DNA of 63,989 nucleotides, the filler included, from Streblomastix strix (taxonomy: Eukaryota): assembly GCA_008636045.1 (NCBI GenBank). It is 3 parts of 3 records of this genome, joined end to end, with 100 filler letters (N's around TTAATTAATTAA, not from the genome) between each part and the next. Parts side by side here need not be neighbours in the genome. Positions count along the whole stretch, not along the records: positions 21,690 to 43,240 come from SNRW01000366.1; positions 43,341 to 63,989 come from SNRW01000421.1; 1 more part is not named here. One strand, written 5' to 3'. Positions 42,072-55,790 of this stretch are shown piece by piece (position 1 is the first letter of the stretch; each line of letters begins with the position of its first letter). The notes beneath the pieces are model-generated. The model ran no database searches, was not told the DNA's origin, and saw nothing but the letters and a program-made list of their open reading frames with translations. The translations under genes and the position numbers were made by a program.

Positions 42072-43240
42072 GCGGATATACTAATATAGCTCTGGAAGAA
42101 TGGGCAGTTTTGGGACACCTTTACAGAGCTCTGCAGTGGTTTGCATACACGAGGTCATCCACTACATAAATTTAGAGTGGAATATCAGTTTCTGTTTCAA
42201 GACTGATAATTTATCTATCTTACATTTAACTTTTCCACTCACACTAATATCATAATCAACCAGTTTAAATTCAAAAATAAATGAGCGTGATATCTAAATT
42301 GAATGAGAATTTGCATTATATAATTCGAAAGACTATTTCCATTTAAACTTAAAATTTAATAAATGTCAGAATCCTTAAATATTGATAATTAACATGTTGA
42401 ATATATATATTTACTCATTATTATTATCATATAGCTTGAATATTAACATTTTAATCACAAAATACTTATTTGGAGCTGCAAGCACAAATTCCTTTTAAAA
42501 CATATTTTTCTGCACAATCACAAATTATAAAATATGATTTTTATTTCACAACCAGTAATTATTAATATTTGCAGCATAGCTACTATAAAATTTTTATTAT
42601 TAATATCTTTTATATTTAGAACTTTTCATGCGAGTTTCTGCATTAAAAAGCATAATTTACACTTTTTTATATGTATTATGATATATATTAAAGTTCAATT
42701 TGCTCATTATTATTTCTTATCAAATAAATATTTAAATATCTCATGATCAATTCATCTATTAATCATAATAACAAAATAATTTTCTTTTAATATTTTAATT
42801 CTATAATTCTATTACTCAGAGATTTGTAATGGATAAGCAAATTTAGAACTCCTCACCACAAGCATATTAGAAAAGTCTTCATTCTTCTTTAATGCATGAT
42901 TTTAATTTAAATAGATGCTTTCAATCAAACTATTGGGATTATACAACAATTTCAAATCCTATTATTGCAAATTTTTCTGACATTAATATTGCATCCGATT
43001 GCCATCCGACATCGCTTTATTTTTCTTAATATAATAATAATAAATAATTATTTAATAATTGGGATACGGCACTTGAAAAGAAAATGCAAATTGTAATGAA
43101 AAAGAAAAGCTTAATTAAAAGTGATAATCTATCAATTTTTTATTTAAACTAGATAATAAATAACAAATAATAAAAGTAATTGAATAAACAATCCACATCA
43201 ATAGAAGTTCCAGAACAGTTATTATTTGTAGGAGGATTAC

Positions 43241-43340
43241 NNNNNNNNNNNNNNNNNNNNNNNNNNNNNNNNNNNNNNNNNNNNTTAATTAATTAANNNN
43301 NNNNNNNNNNNNNNNNNNNNNNNNNNNNNNNNNNNNNNNN
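43241..43340. other. Artificial contig linker (N44-TTAATTAATTAA-N44)
   Basis: Identical to the linker at 21590-21689. Confidence 0.97.
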
Positions 43341-43622
43341 CAGGAAGCAAAATCATTCGAGAATACACAATATTTCATTGTGAAAGAACAAAAATAATTA
43401 CTTTAGATTATTATATTACTTCAGGATCACGATTGACCTCCACGAAGTTTAATTTATATATTTAACGATTCTATTGGCAAATTCCGCAAATATAGATCAT
43501 CCATTAAATCGTTAAATTTATTTTTCGCATCATATTTAGATCCTTGTTCATTAAATTCATCAAGTACTGTTGATCCTGAAGTAATATAATAATCTAAAGT
43601 AATTATTTTTGTTCTTTCACAA
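43341..43622. repeat. 52-bp inverted repeat plus 49-bp direct duplication at contig start
   Basis: 43378-43429 is the reverse complement of 43571-43622. 43341-43389 matches 43951-43999 with one mismatch. Confidence 0.9.
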
Positions 43623-43628
43623 ATCAGC

Positions 43629-44282
43629 ATGAATCGTTTTCTAGCAAAAGCAATCTAAGTTCAAGCATCAAAACCAATCGAAGCTCAACTTGAATCAATT
43701 GCAGTAATACCTTTCAAAAATGATAGTGAACATCACTATTCAATTAAAGAGATTAAACCTGAATCATAGATGCCAGTATTATTTGATAAAGACATCATAA
43801 TTTGTTTATCTGATAGTGATCATGAAGTAACCCAAATATAAAACTCATTCTTATCTATTGTGTTGACTGCTAATCTATAATTTGAAAATAAGTTCGATTA
43901 ATTTGATGATTCATACAAGGATGGAGTAATATTATTTGTTGGATTGAAGTCAGGAAGCAATATCATTCGAGAATACACAATATTTCATTGTGAAAGAACT
44001 ATTGATGGAAGCTTGTTGAATGAAGCAACAACTGAGTCATTCATCTACAACACTTTTAAGCCAATGTCAGAGAAAAATAATAAAAAACTTACTCATTCAT
44101 TATATGAATATATCCATAAATTCGATACATCAGCTTATGGAACCTATATTACAATGAGATAGATTGAAGAAGCAATTGGAACTTAAACAAAAGTACTTTA
44201 CTTAATGCGAGTTAGATTCAGAATCTCAGTACCTTTAGATGATTTGGTTCATTAAGAAATGAAAATTTTAATCAGGTACTGA
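43629..44282 (+). pseudogene. N-terminal part of putative Maverick/Polinton-like major capsid protein
   Basis: MNRFLAKAIQ...LFVGLKSGSNIIREYTIFH...HSLYEYIHKFDTSAYGTYITMRQIEEAI...VRFRISVPLDDL aligns by eye with the 37143-36900 minus frame, then breaks off. Confidence 0.6.
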
Positions 44283-44429
44283 GTGAATGTTTGGAGAATT
44301 AGTTATATAGATATATAGAGAGAAAGAGTGTGATAAAATAATCAATAACCTATTATCAGCATCATCATCATCTCAATTATATTCAATACTTCCTTTATGT
44401 TCAATACCTAATGTTCATACTACATATGA

Positions 44430-45420
44430 CTTTGAACTCGAAATGGATTCATGTTTCAATCAAATATTTGGATTGTGGTTTTTAGCAGACAAATGTCAAC
44501 TTGTGTGTCATAAGGCAACTTGAAAGTTAACGAGATTAATGTCATCATTTGCATTTATAGCTGCACCCTTCAAAATTAATACCAGCACTTCTACTGTCAT
44601 TGAAGAAAGGAGATTAAAGTATAACAGAGAAATTTACAGCTGATTCGACTTTATATAGAATAATCTCATCAGCACTGAAATAGTCACCATAAGAAATGAG
44701 ATTTTATCTTCCAAATGTGCATCCTGGTTTTCGTTCAACTCTGATCACAAATATTAACTTTCTTCAGATCAATTTGAATTAGTCTTATTGGTACTGAGTC
44801 TATCCAGACTGAATTATCATATATACTCAGGATGGAAAGCATTTGTGAAGTCGGTGATTGTAGGATGCGGAGAACATATCAATCGATGTGGGAGATCTGA
44901 TCCGTATTCAATTCCAACAGCATCAATGAAGATAAGTGACAAGAAGAAGAGATCTTGTCTTCCTCCAATTCAATTTCCTTTCTAATCTTCTCATCTTTCT
45001 TTGCCTCCAAATATAAATTTAGGATTTGGGTTCATTAGATCATAGAATTAGGATTTTTCTTTCATTTGCTTTATCTCAATTTGCTCATGATGCCTTTTAT
45101 GAGATGTGAACATCATTCATCAATTTGACTACTATTATGGTTTCATTTATTTGAATACATTGTTGGTCAAATCATATCATCATCATCAGTCTCACTTTTT
45201 TATTCCTTCTAATTGTTGTGCACATACTAGATTATCATTTGGAAAGAAGTACTGAGGAAGAGGATGATATATTGGTGATTTTATGTTCATGCAAGTGCCA
45301 ATCTTTCCAGACTATAGGCTATACTATCTGGTCTGATAACATGTTTTGAAGATATTTCATTTGATTGTGAACGTTTTAAACCTATTCCTGTTCTTCTTAC
45401 ATCAGCTTTACCTCTGTTTC
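44430..45420 (-). pseudogene. Heavily decayed DIRS-like tyrosine recombinase region
   Basis: KISFLMVTISVLMRL...VLVLILKG resembles the YR box-I region. Many stops and frameshifts. Confidence 0.35.
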
Positions 45421-48400
45421 ATTATAGCATGGTTGACGTATGCTCAGATAGATTACCAGATATATAATAATATTGGAGAGAGATTATAGTTTATATGCCT
45501 GATGATGAAGAAGATGAGTATAAGAAGAAATGAGATAAATAAAAGGAAGATAAAAAAGTGATGGAGATACATTATTGAATTTAGCGGAAAAATATGATAT
45601 ATTCACATCAAAGTCACACGTATTAGATGGTACATACACACACGCACGTACCCAAGTAATAATGTTATTAACTAATATTTTCCAATAGTTACTGACCAAT
45701 AGGATCAAAAAATATGGACAGGACATAATCAATTCTTTTCTATCACCAGAATTATCAGAATATATGGGAATATCATCAAGATTCAATGAAAGTACAGCTA
45801 TAAACATAACCACATATGTTATTAGACTCATTCCTGAACAAATACAGAAAATTATAAAGATCTCCTTATTAAGATTAATATTAAATAAATAAGATCTGGA
45901 ATTGTCCCAAAAAATGCTTCATCATCAACATCTGAACCTGGCATATTACTCAAAAATGAAATTCTTACATTCTATATTGGACGTACACAACTATTTCTGG
46001 AGAAGATTGGATTTATCATTCATTACAGATTTCATTTTCTGTCACTATTTTCATTGTTTAAACTTGAATTACTGTCATTAGAAACTTCACTACTTGCTGA
46101 ACTTCTATCAGCTCCACTACTGCTTTGAATTGCATCACAATCTGCTTTGGATGATTTCTATAATGAAGATAGACCAATGTTCCTTTCTTTTCTTTTTCTT
46201 TCTTATCCACTGTTGAATCTTTCTTAGTTGAAGATTTTCTATCATCTGAATTAGATAGATTGTCTATTGTTGTCTTATCAGTTGATTTCTCACTTCTCTT
46301 TGCTTCTGTTTGAGGTTTAGTAGATTTGCATACAGAAGAGGAAGAGGATGATTCGGTGGATGATACACTACTATTATCTGAATCCTTAGCTTATTTATTG
46401 CCTGTTTTAGATTAAGTTGAAGTTGAAGAAGTAGATGATCTGTATATTCTCTCACTTGTATTTGTGGTTGCAGAACATGTATCATCTTCATTTTCTGCTA
46501 TTAATGATTCTGTTCTTCTCATCTTAACCTTGTTCACCTTCTAATGTTGAAGTAATGATTGATTGCGTTTTGGATGTTGATATTGATGATATTAATTTAA
46601 GATTATGATTATTGAAGTTGTTGCAGATATTAATATGAATTTTGTAGATATCAATAATCGTATTATAAAATTGTTCTTTCATTAAATTTTCCTACGAAAA
46701 TTGAAAAAAATATTCATATATAGTGTTTGGCAAGGATAATTGAAGAAATGATTATAATTAAATATTCAAAATTCTACCTATTCTTCTTTTCTAGAGTTAT
46801 TCCTATTCCATTATTTTATCTTCTTCTATTTTCTCGTCAGGAATCCATTTCAATGTCAACTGTAAGAATTAGGACCATGTTAAAAGTGTATTAGGCTTTA
46901 TATTCCTCATATTAAGTTTTTGCTCAATCTGCAGGTGCTTTACGATTAAGAATTTGAAGTTTTTAATTTCAAACTGTCTTATCTAAGAAATGAAGTTTGA
47001 TTTCATTATGAATAAGATATTCATGCAATTTTCCATATCTAGCAAGTGCTTCTAAAGCATGTGAAAATTCAATACAAAGTGCAAGAACATGAATATTTAG
47101 ATGAGAAATACTACAAATATTAATTTTTCTAACCTCAAAATGTTTTTATGTCGTGTTATTGGACAATAAAATATTTTCACACTAACTCCTGTAAAATGAT
47201 GGCATAATAAAAAATGAAGTATTATGAATAAATATTTATTGTCATATGATAAGATAAAATGTAAAATTGCATAATAAAATAATAAATATTGTATATTAAA
47301 CGTAAAAGATAAAAAAATATTATATTTTTGTTTTATACTATGTAAAAATTTTTTACAAGTAATTTTTTAATTAAATAATCGAGTTTTTATTTATGTGATT
47401 GAATAAAAATATGATTTAATTTTTAAATAAAGTTTTATCTCAGTAGTTAGAAAAAATTAAACAAAACAGTGTATATTATTTTGATTTCAATTTAAAACAT
47501 TATCAAGATATGTCTAAATAAATAATTTGTTATTAATCCAAGAATAATTAAATGCATTTTAATTGCAATTTTATATATATTTTAAATTTTGTTAGGTAAA
47601 TGAAGATTTAGATTGTTATATTAACATGAAATATTCAATTTTAATATAGTAATATAGAGATCCACTTTAAATGAAAATTATCAATAAAATAATAATTTTA
47701 TTTTTTTTATTAATTCTCTTTGTTTTCTAGTATTAATATAACGTTTAATTTATGTTTTAAAAATAAAATTTAATTTATTTCATTGTTATATTCAATTAAG
47801 TTTTAAAAAAATTATACATCAAACGCCTTGGTTTGGAGAAATTCGAAGAATATTTTTATTTTTTATTCATTATTCTATAATAATAAATAATGAATAAAGT
47901 TACTATTATTTAAATTAATAAAACTTTTGAAATTTAAATTTATCAATTAATTTTTGATCTATTGAATCTATGATAAGAAAATTAAAGATCAATTTTTTTC
48001 TCTAAAAATTTAGAAGTTAAATTTCTCAATAATCTTTCAATAGAATTCATTTTTATTCTAATTAAAATTTTTTATATTTTTTGTTATTTATTATTTGAAA
48101 TTATCAAAATATACGGTTCTTGTTAATGGAAATTTTCATTTTCAGAACTCATACTGTGAACTGCTTCTTATTTTCAATAATTTATGATTTTTCAAATATT
48201 AAATATTATTTATTTACAAAATATCATTATTATTCAATAATTAAACAAACTCCACCTTAAGATTAACTTCCCGAACCATAAGAAAAGTCTACCTTTAATC
48301 GGCGCCACGAAGTGGAAATTCCTGAAATACGTTTCAATGAAACAGATTTATGATGAAAAATATATACTCTTTAGAATGCTTACAAGCGAACTTTAGTTTG

Positions 48401-49706
48401 TTCAGGCGTAGCATTCAGCGACGATGTCGCTTGCAGCAAGGTTGCGTTAGTTTCTAAACCCAATTTAATTTATATATAATCTCTTATTTTTATTATACTG
48501 CTTCTTTTAAATCTAAAATATTTGCAAATTTCATTATTTTCCTATTTTTTTCAAAATTTCTGCTTTAAGTGCCTGATCAACAAAACAAAAACCAAACAAA
48601 AACAATGTGTGGACCTAATGGAGATTAGTCTAAAATTATAGTATCTAACTTAGATAAATAATAAGTAAATGGACCAAAGTGTGTAACATTGCATTTTACA
48701 GAGATTTTCATGATTTTCTATATTTTTGCGCTTCACTTTTTAAAATAGGCTCGCACTTGCTCTTCTTGCCATTCCTGCATTGGCGCTGTTTTTTTGAGTG
48801 AATTGAGCGTGATTAGCGAAAATACCTTCCATCAGGGATGGCGAGTTAGCACAATTTAGGAAATTTAGAAAATATCGAATGAATCACTCGAACAAAGTTA
48901 CGATTATCCCTTCAATAACTACCATTATCGTTTTTACAGCTATAGTCACAATTAAAAGTCTTAATAAAAGGGAATTACCCTAAAAAAATTTTTTTTTATT
49001 TTTTTATTTAATCTTAGGGCATTTTTCCCGTGGAAAAAATTTGGCAAAATGTGGGTGGAACAAAAAGTGGACCCGGAACATAGTACAGTATATATTAATA
49101 ATAAACAATATATATGGATAATATTTTTGAGTGTATTTTTCTTCCACGCTTACTTTAAGGCTATGAAATGATTTTTTTCTTTTTCGCTCAAATTTTCGCT
49201 TTATACATGTTAAAACTCAAACACATAAAAGAATTTATTTTTATTTTTGTTCTTATATATATTGATATTAAATTTTTTCATTTTGCGCAATCAATTTTCA
49301 TTAAATTGGAAATTTTATCAGAAAGATGTTATTTTTCAATTTTTACTCTAATTTATTTCTCAATTTTTAATATTTTTATGAATTTCACTAGAACTTCATA
49401 AAATATAATATAAATTGTAACAAACAGCAAATACTATATTTGATCGAACTCTGAATAAAAATAATTTTTTAAATTCATGAATAACTCATTAATAATAATA
49501 TTTTAATAGTGTAAGATTGTATTTTTTTGTCATAACATGAATTGATTCAAATCTAATTGTAAATTTATATTTTGAAACTACTGATATTAACCCAAATAAT
49601 ATTACCTGTAATTTTTATACTTTTAACTTTTCACTCATTTCATATATTTTCGTATTCATTTCATATTTTTTATTACTTTTTCTATTGGAAGAAACAACAA
49701 ATGTTT

Positions 49707-51053
49707 ATGAGCAATGATCGAGAAGAAGCTGTAATATAAGAGTAGATGGAAATAAATAAACAGTTTGCTGGAATAATTTATTTATTATATATATTCTTAT
49801 TTAAATTATTCTCATTCTTTCATTTTTATTTTAATATTTCTCTTTCTTTATATTTCTCTACCTTTATATTTCTCTTCCTTTTTTATATTTATTTTATTAC
49901 TTTCTCTTCCATTATTAACAGAAAATGGATACTTATACTGATCGAGAAGAAGCTGTGATGCAAGAGATCAGAGAAATGAATAAACATTTTGCAGATGTAG
50001 TTTGTTTATCAGTTTAATTCATTTTGAATTTTAATTAATTTATTTTATTTAATTAAAAGAAACTCATTTAAGTGATTATTCACGATTTCTATAGATGTCT
50101 ATTAGTTTACTTCTACAAGAATACAAATTAATGCAAGAAACATATAAGTATGAAATTTGAATAATTTTCTTTCTTATTAATTAATAATATTCCAGAGATT
50201 CGATGGATGAAATATCTGAAAGTGTTATGTTATTATGTTCTAAACACTATCATACTGAAGATTGTATTACTACTTTCATTACTCATTACTTAAATAATCT
50301 TATTAATCTTCATTTTTGTTTTAGTTTCAGCATTAAAACAATTTGTAATTGAATTATCAAGAATACTTGAAACACATAAATTGGATGCAGAAAAAGAAAG
50401 AGAGAAGAATTATTCATTAAAAGAAAAGATTAGAATAACAAATGCTAAACTAGCTGAACTTGAAGATGTTTGAAATTCAATTTTTGTTTTATAATAATTA
50501 ATTAAATAAATAATTAACTTAATATCTATTTTGTATTTATAAATTAGTCTATCAATATTGATCTTATTAAGAATGAGGTTGGACTCGTAGAACCTCATCG
50601 GATTAAGCTATATAAGCAAAACAATCAGTTGCGTTAATGTGAGCTATGATCTAAACAGAAGAAGCAGACTTTGAAGAAATCGCAGAATGTGCATTATAGC
50701 ATAGACTTGCAGCTGAATAAAGGTTATATTCATTATTATTTAATATTTAATTATGGTTATAACTGAATATTCTTCTATTTTGAAATATTTTTATGTATCA
50801 AGTTATTATTCATCTGATTCAATGAGAAATTGAGAGATATCAACTCTTCGCTTTGAACTCAATGATTTTAATGATGAATTAAGATATTATGAATAGAGAG
50901 CTGCAGATAGAAATGCTGCAAAGGAATAAGCTGATGCCTAAAATTTTGAATTGGATCGAAGATGCAACTTACCAACACTTTATGATAAGAATACTCGAAG
51001 ATTAAGAACAAAGAAAAAGAAACTTATTGCTGGAAATTATGTTTATGTGTGAT
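49707..51053 (+). CDS. Hypothetical coiled-coil protein, multi-exon (possibly a pseudogene)
   Basis: Exons DREEAVMQEIREMNKHFADV, ALKQFVIELSRILETHKL, EEADFEEIAECALQHRLAAEQ and ELRYYEQRAADRNAAKEQ...GNYVYV*, separated by short AT-rich introns. Confidence 0.45.
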
Positions 51054-51249
51054 TGTATTTTAAGTTATACTTTTATTTAATATCCGTTGCATTTTACAAA
51101 ACACGAATGATTGTTAATAAATAATCAACTATAACAACAACTATAAGTAATTAAATTTAAAAATGAATTGATAAGCCAACAATATCAATAGATTATTTGC
51201 TCAAGTTATTGAAATGATTAACATCAATCAAAAATACTTATAGGATTTG

Positions 51250-53869
51250 TGATCAAATTCACATTTTTCATTTGTTCATTATATTCATTATTGGGCTTCT
51301 TTTTATAGTTGAAGTTTCCTATATTGCATCTGAAGCTCAGCTAAAAGATTAATATCACTTAAAGAGTTTCTTTAAGGTCCAAGATCTCGTTTCATGAGGC
51401 TGAAAAACCTCTCGCATGGAGCTTCTGAGCAACTACACGATAAATATTTAATGATAATCAATTCTAACTCCTTCAAATCGTTAGTTTTAATAGGAAACTA
51501 TCGCCAGAAGGCTACTCTTTCCTTATGAAATGATTTATACTCCTCGTAGATTAATGTTCCTCCCCAAAGTTCTTCAACACGTGCTTGTATTTTCACTTTT
51601 TCAGAGATGCTGCTTTATGGTAGTAATATTTCAACTTGACTTTTAAAGCCCGCTCTTACGATGTCACACCAATTCTTTTGTGTCATAGAAAACCATACAG
51701 ACTTATCGCATTTCGCCGTAATTGTGGCTTTGATAGATTCCTAACTTTATTCCGATTTTTTTTCAATATTTAATGCCTCTCTACTTTCAATTTCTAGCTG
51801 TTATTGTGCGGAGTTAATAAATGTTTGTTCAATCTCTTAATCTTGATTATTAATCAAAGTTTCAACTTATTCCATTTACTAATCAAATTAATTTTAATCT
51901 GATTCTGATTTTTTTTCTTCTAATGGAAGTTATTTTGGTTTTATTTGTTAAATCCTTTAGATTTATTAAATTGGTTTGGATGGAATATTGAATAATTAAG
52001 GATAGTGGATTGAACTTTCTTTTAATTGATTTTAATCAAGGAGAAAATTATTATTCTTCATGGACTCGACTCCACAGGGAGATAGTGAGTACGCAACAAT
52101 CATCTGCTCCGTGAATCTAGTTTCAAAAAGAAGATTATGAATTTCATATTCAAGTTCGTGTATTATTGATGCCCAAAGCTCAGATTTGAATTCATCCAGT
52201 TAATACATCTCATCATATTATTTAAATAATTGGCAAGCAAGAGGAAATACGAATTCAATTGGAGCATGATCTCCAAAAGATATTTCAATAAACAGTTCTA
52301 GAGGTCTTAGAACTTTATACAATCTTTCTATATTGTCAAGTTTTTCTTTTGTTATCTTAGGAATGTGAAATGATTCAATAATTGCTCTATTGTCTATTAT
52401 ATATTTTAGAGTCCTTTAAATGTATATCCATCTTGATGGAATAATAGATGGAATTCTTGATTTGAGCAATGCTCTGAATTCTTTTCTATTTAATTCTTTT
52501 TAAATTTATAATGCAGTAGAGATTTCTTTTGAAAATGGTTTCAATAGTTTAATAAGGTGTATAAATGAAAGATTACCTAAATGACTGATACAAATTTGAT
52601 GAAGAATTACATTATTGATGCCTTTAGATTATAATTAGTTGTTTAAAGAAATGTCAGTTAATTTCATCTTCCTCTTTGTTTAATACGCAGATTGTTGAGT
52701 TATCATGCCATCTGTGGTTAAATTATCTATAATTATTTCGTATCTTAGCATTTAATTGATAAATTGCTCTCCAAAGTCAATATATTATTACATGTTATAT
52801 ACATTTCTCTCGAATTTAACTGGATACGGATCAAATGCGAGGTGAGGAGTTACTAGTAATGCTACAACTGCATGTCTATTTGCATGAGAGCAAGCATCAA
52901 TTACTCCGCCACCATGCTGTCCTTTTCTCTTTAGCAACCCTTCATCCTAAAGCTTCATTCCTTCAGTAACAATATCTTAACTTATTTTTTATTATGTTCA
53001 TTCTTAATAGTCTTTGCTTCCTTCATTTTTTGCTGCTTGTACGAACATTTTCATGGTTCTTACATGCTCTTCGCTAGCATAAAAAGCATAACTGTTATTG
53101 CTGCATCCAATTTCGAAAGTTTCCTGATCTTGTGCATCTTCAAAGTTAGTCTTTTTATCAACTTCTATTCTTCGTCTTTTTCGTTGAATAGTATCAAGTG
53201 TTTCTTAAATAGAAAAATTGCAAATATGTTTATCTATGTATTATGCATCGTTTATGTTATCATTTTCCCACAGACAATAAACTTATCCCTTGTTTTCTGT
53301 ACAAATTATCCGTTTCTTATATTTTTTTTTGAAATTTCACCAATTTAATTGTATTCTGCAAATATCATATAGTTTCAATTTATTATTTTCTTGAACTCTC
53401 GGTTAGTTTGGAATTTACTTGCTTTTCCTGGGTAAGCCATCGGTTTGTCAACTAAACAATAAATATTAGATAAAATTGAATTAAATATATGTTATTTTTT
53501 ATACTTTTCGTTTTTGAATTGAATATCTTATCGTAGCAATTCCAACTTTCCGTTCCAAGTACCTTCCACTCACCTGTCGGAGATGCTTGAGGCTCGCGTT
53601 TTCTCTTATTTTTGGAGTTCATTTTGACGTCGGCCTGCACATCATTCGATTCCTAGGATATAATTTAATAAAAAAAATATTATATTAAACTTTTATTTAC
53701 GCATGTATGTAGTAATTATTTAAAAATTTAGATTTATCATAGTTTTTCACTTTTGAATCAAATCACAGCAAAAAGATTATTAAAGTTAAGTAATTAGTGG
53801 TTTAACTAAAATTTAATCAATTAATCTAATAAATTTAATAAATTTTAATACCTCATCGCTTTCAGACAT
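51250..53869 (-). mobile_element. hAT-superfamily transposase pseudogene with 5' introns
   Basis: GGVIDACSHANR (first D), LTTDGMITQQSA (second D), IPSIIPSRWIYI (RW motif) and LSCSCSEAPCERFFSLMKR (catalytic E/dimerisation region). ATG at 53869 is followed by two GT-AG introns; frameshifts present. Confidence 0.85.
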
Positions 53870-54229
53870 GAAAATCAGCTTAAACCGTTTTTTTAAATAT
53901 TAAAGTCTTACAAATCATAGCATAAGAAATTAAAACTATAACAAACTTAATGTATTCTTCAAAAAATATATAACTCAATCATTTTTTCATAATAAAAATT
54001 AAAAAATCATGAAAAATTCAAAAGAATTTAACAAAAAAAATTTTTTTGCAAATATTTCATCTAAGATATTTAAGATATTTAACTGCATTAAATATTATTT
54101 ATAAATTTAAATAATATAATTAATAATGTTAAAATGAGAAAAAAACTCAAAACTTAAAAAAAATTTTTTTTATTTTTTTTCTATGGGATTTTCCACGCCA
54201 AGTAACTCGCGGCTGGCATGGAAGATACT

Positions 54230-55790
54230 GATATTTTCCACTGGAAAAATGCACTATGAAATGTTGAGCATCATCAGTATTAATAAATGAAATAAAATAA
54301 ATATAAAAACCAATAGAAAAACAAGGAATTTATATCCATGTTGCTCATCTCCAAGCTATTGTAGGCGAAATAGCAGATGCACTAAATAGACTATCAATAT
54401 AGGAGATTACAAACTAAAATAGAAGATTTTTCAACAGACATGTTCTCAGATGAACTTGAATCTAACAATAGACTTATTTTCACAGCACTTCAATAACTAA
54501 CTGCCAAGATTCATGTCAACAATAAGAGGACACGGAGAAATAGCAATCGACGCTCTCAATCAAACATGGAAGATGGAACTTCCATGGATTCACCTTCCTA
54601 TCCCTCTCCTTCCAGTAGTTCTGAAGAAGATCAGAGAAGAGCAGATCGAAACAATGATAATAGCTCCACTGTGGCCAGGCCAGATATGATACACAGAAAT
54701 GGTAAACGAGAATGTTCAATCCTTTATGCTTGGCTGGAGCAACGAAATTCTGGAACCAGGAACATCGTTAATTGAGAAGAATTTGATACTCCATCCAGGA
54801 AAGATATATTGTTTCCAGATGGACCGAAGCTCAGAAAAGGAAGAAGATTCGCAAGATAGATTTTGAGAATACTAAATTTATCCAATGGAATAAAAGATAT
54901 GATTTTGTATGGACAAAGATGCAATACCTAAAGAAGATACTATTATGCAATGGAAAAACTTAAATAATGGACCCAAATCAATCACTACACAATACGTGAT
55001 TTATTTTCAATGAAACTGCACATCATTATAACAGAGATACTAGCTTAATTCACTTCAGTAAACACTTCAGCATCCTCAGCACTTCAGTTTCTTAATGGAC
55101 TCTCCTCAATTCTCTCACTCACGTTCGACATAGATTTAAAGAATAATCACATGCTCCAATTTACCAGAAATATAATATTAGCACACATGATCGTAAACCG
55201 AAATATGAAGACAGATAGAACGTGAAAATACTATTTGTCTATCAGAGAGGAAAAGGATCGAACCGAAATTTGACAAACACTGATCTGTTGACTAAACTCA
55301 CTTCACTCCTTATGACTATTTGTTCAATGAGACCAGCCGAAATCGAAGGAATATCTCTAAGATTCTCAGTTATTTGCGAGAAAACTGACAAGGTAGACTT
55401 TCGACTACAAACGAAAACAAAGTCTGGACTTCTTTCACACAAACTTCCAAAGACTAGAGATCGAACTATATGTCCAAGAGCAATGTTTTTTTGATTGTTT
55501 GAAAAGAATTGATAACAAACTTTGTCTGTCCATCAAAGACAATAAATATGGAGCATTAAGGTGGAATGAAGATATAATTATCACAACCAAAAGATGCCAA
55601 ATCTCACTCGGATTAAAGAAATTATTAGACGGAATGGGCATTAAAGGAAATAAGTATATTTTTTTCGACAAAAAGCAGCAACATAACCAGTATTAATAGG
55701 TTTAAATGAAACGTAATTAAACATATACCCAGGACAAGCGAGAAATTCAAAATCAACAAATGTATCATTTGTATTGGCAGAAAGAATTAT
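54230..55790 (+). mobile_element. 3' half of a DIRS-type retrotransposon: RNase H end, methyltransferase-like domain, tyrosine recombinase (degenerate)
   Basis: HL...IADALNRLS; IDLFSQHFNNQLPRF...DALNQTWKMELPWIHLPIPLL...IIAPLWPGQ; YR LLMTICSMRPAEI...KTK...ICPRAMFF. Confidence 0.88.

Noticed and set aside
45480..47200. Coding-like fragments on both strands (Ser/Thr-rich and others)
   Set aside because: Multiple TGAs and frameshifts, and no recognisable motifs.
48230..49100. Possible ncRNA or transposon end in a locally GC-richer non-coding stretch
   Set aside because: No recognisable RNA family, TIR partner or ORF could be supported by eye.
54830..55790. Tyrosine recombinase as the integrase of the adjacent virus
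   Set aside because: It follows RNase H and MT-like domains in canonical DIRS order, so it belongs to the retroelement.
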